This document shows positions 62,961 through 64,000 of a stretch of 64,000 nucleotides of DNA, piece after piece. Origin of the DNA: Torpedo marmorata (taxonomy: Eukaryota); assembly GCA_977017645.1 (NCBI GenBank), contig OZ360238.1, positions 26,536,001 to 26,600,000 on the forward strand. Direction: 5' to 3'. Position 1 is the first letter of the stretch, and the number at the start of each line of letters is the position of its first letter. The notes under the pieces are model-generated. The model saw only the letters and a program-made list of their open reading frames with translations, did not search any database and had not been told where the DNA came from. Position numbers and translations under genes: made by a program.

Positions 62961-63869
62961 AGGTGTCACGAGCAAGGAGAGTTCGAGTCCCTCACTGCAT
63001 GAAACAAAACAATGCAGGTCATTTCATTCTTTCTGCAGTATTTTCACAGTAAAATAAGGAGAAAATATTTTATTTAAATTGTTGGGTGATAATTTTTTTA
63101 GACTATAGTTAATACTTTTATATGGAGACACAATTTAACAAGCAGCTCCCCAATTCTTCCTTCTTTAAACAATAATTAATTTGTTTCAAAAAAGAGTTCA
63201 AACTTTGAAAATGAAATGCAGTTTGCAGTTAATTAGCTAAGGAGTAAATATCATGTTATGAAAAATTGGAATGAAAGTTAAAAAAAGCTCGACATCATTT
63301 TCAATTAGAACTTCATACACTTTAAACAGATTTCACAGGAAAGCAACTGTTTGTGGAAGTTATCAGAGGTTGGGGACTAAGAAATTATAGGATGTTTATT
63401 TTATTTTTAAGGTGGCCTATCAATACATAACAGATTATTTATCAATAAACAGCAGGCGGAACATAAAGTTTACTTTAATGAGCAAATTTTTACATTGCTG
63501 ATAATATTATGAGACTAACACGTATTGGCAAGCAAGATTAAACCGTCTGAACAAATCCTCTTGCAGAAATAAGCTGTGGTTGTTATGTTTTGGCTTTCAT
63601 ACCACAAAGAAAGGTTTACCATGCAATATGCAAACTATGTGCGCTTTGCAGATGATAATAAATAGCGGAAATGACTTCCCACAGGCGGCAATGTTGTGAA
63701 ATGTTTTAATCACCATTTTCAATGACAACCATTTTAATAAAATAATAGTTCTTCCGTTTCCCACATTTAATACTGTTGTAGCATCCCAACAGCTTGTTAA
63801 TTCACCTTCCAGGACTGAAAATTTCTCCGATCTAAAAATCTGTCTTCAAAATACCGGTACTTAACAACT

Positions 63870-64000
63870 GAGATTCCAAGGCCTTCTTCAGCAGAGAATT
63901 AAAATAAAAGTCCCTACTCATTTTGTGAAGGAATTTCTCCTCATCTCGGTCCTGAACGGTCAACCTCTCATTTTTATATTGTAGGCCTGGTTTTAGATTC
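63870..64000 (-). mobile_element. Old CR1 fragment
   Basis: gtgaaggaatttctcctcatctcggtcctgaacgg resembles the CR1 sequence at 56345-56385. Confidence 0.55.

Overview
This is eukaryotic, AT-rich, repeat-dense non-coding DNA. The repeat set (Rex1/Babar, CR1, L1 and RTE LINE remnants, tRNA-headed V-domain SINEs, Penelope-derived elements) points to a cartilaginous fish intron or intergenic region; the taxon is an inference. I could not support any host protein-coding exon, and every long ORF is decayed LINE reverse transcriptase. There is a 337-nt N gap at 42170-42506. Main observations: (1) short palindromic Penelope-type elements with 14-15 bp TSDs, an unpaired 3' tail and a minimal hammerhead-ribozyme motif in each arm; (2) an ~800-bp GC-rich non-coding retroposon with a YY1 motif and a Rex1-like tail, whose 5' head is also found inside a hAT MITE; (3) a composite hAT MITE; (4) a SINE insertion carrying an inverted copy of nearby DNA; (5) a tail-to-tail Rex1 fusion forming a ~1.1-kb inverted repeat; (6) a Chapaev3-like DNA transposon remnant missed by the ORF track; (7) TE-free, homeodomain/TALE-motif-rich blocks that resemble developmental enhancers. 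All family names were assigned by eye from motifs, and many boundaries are approximate.
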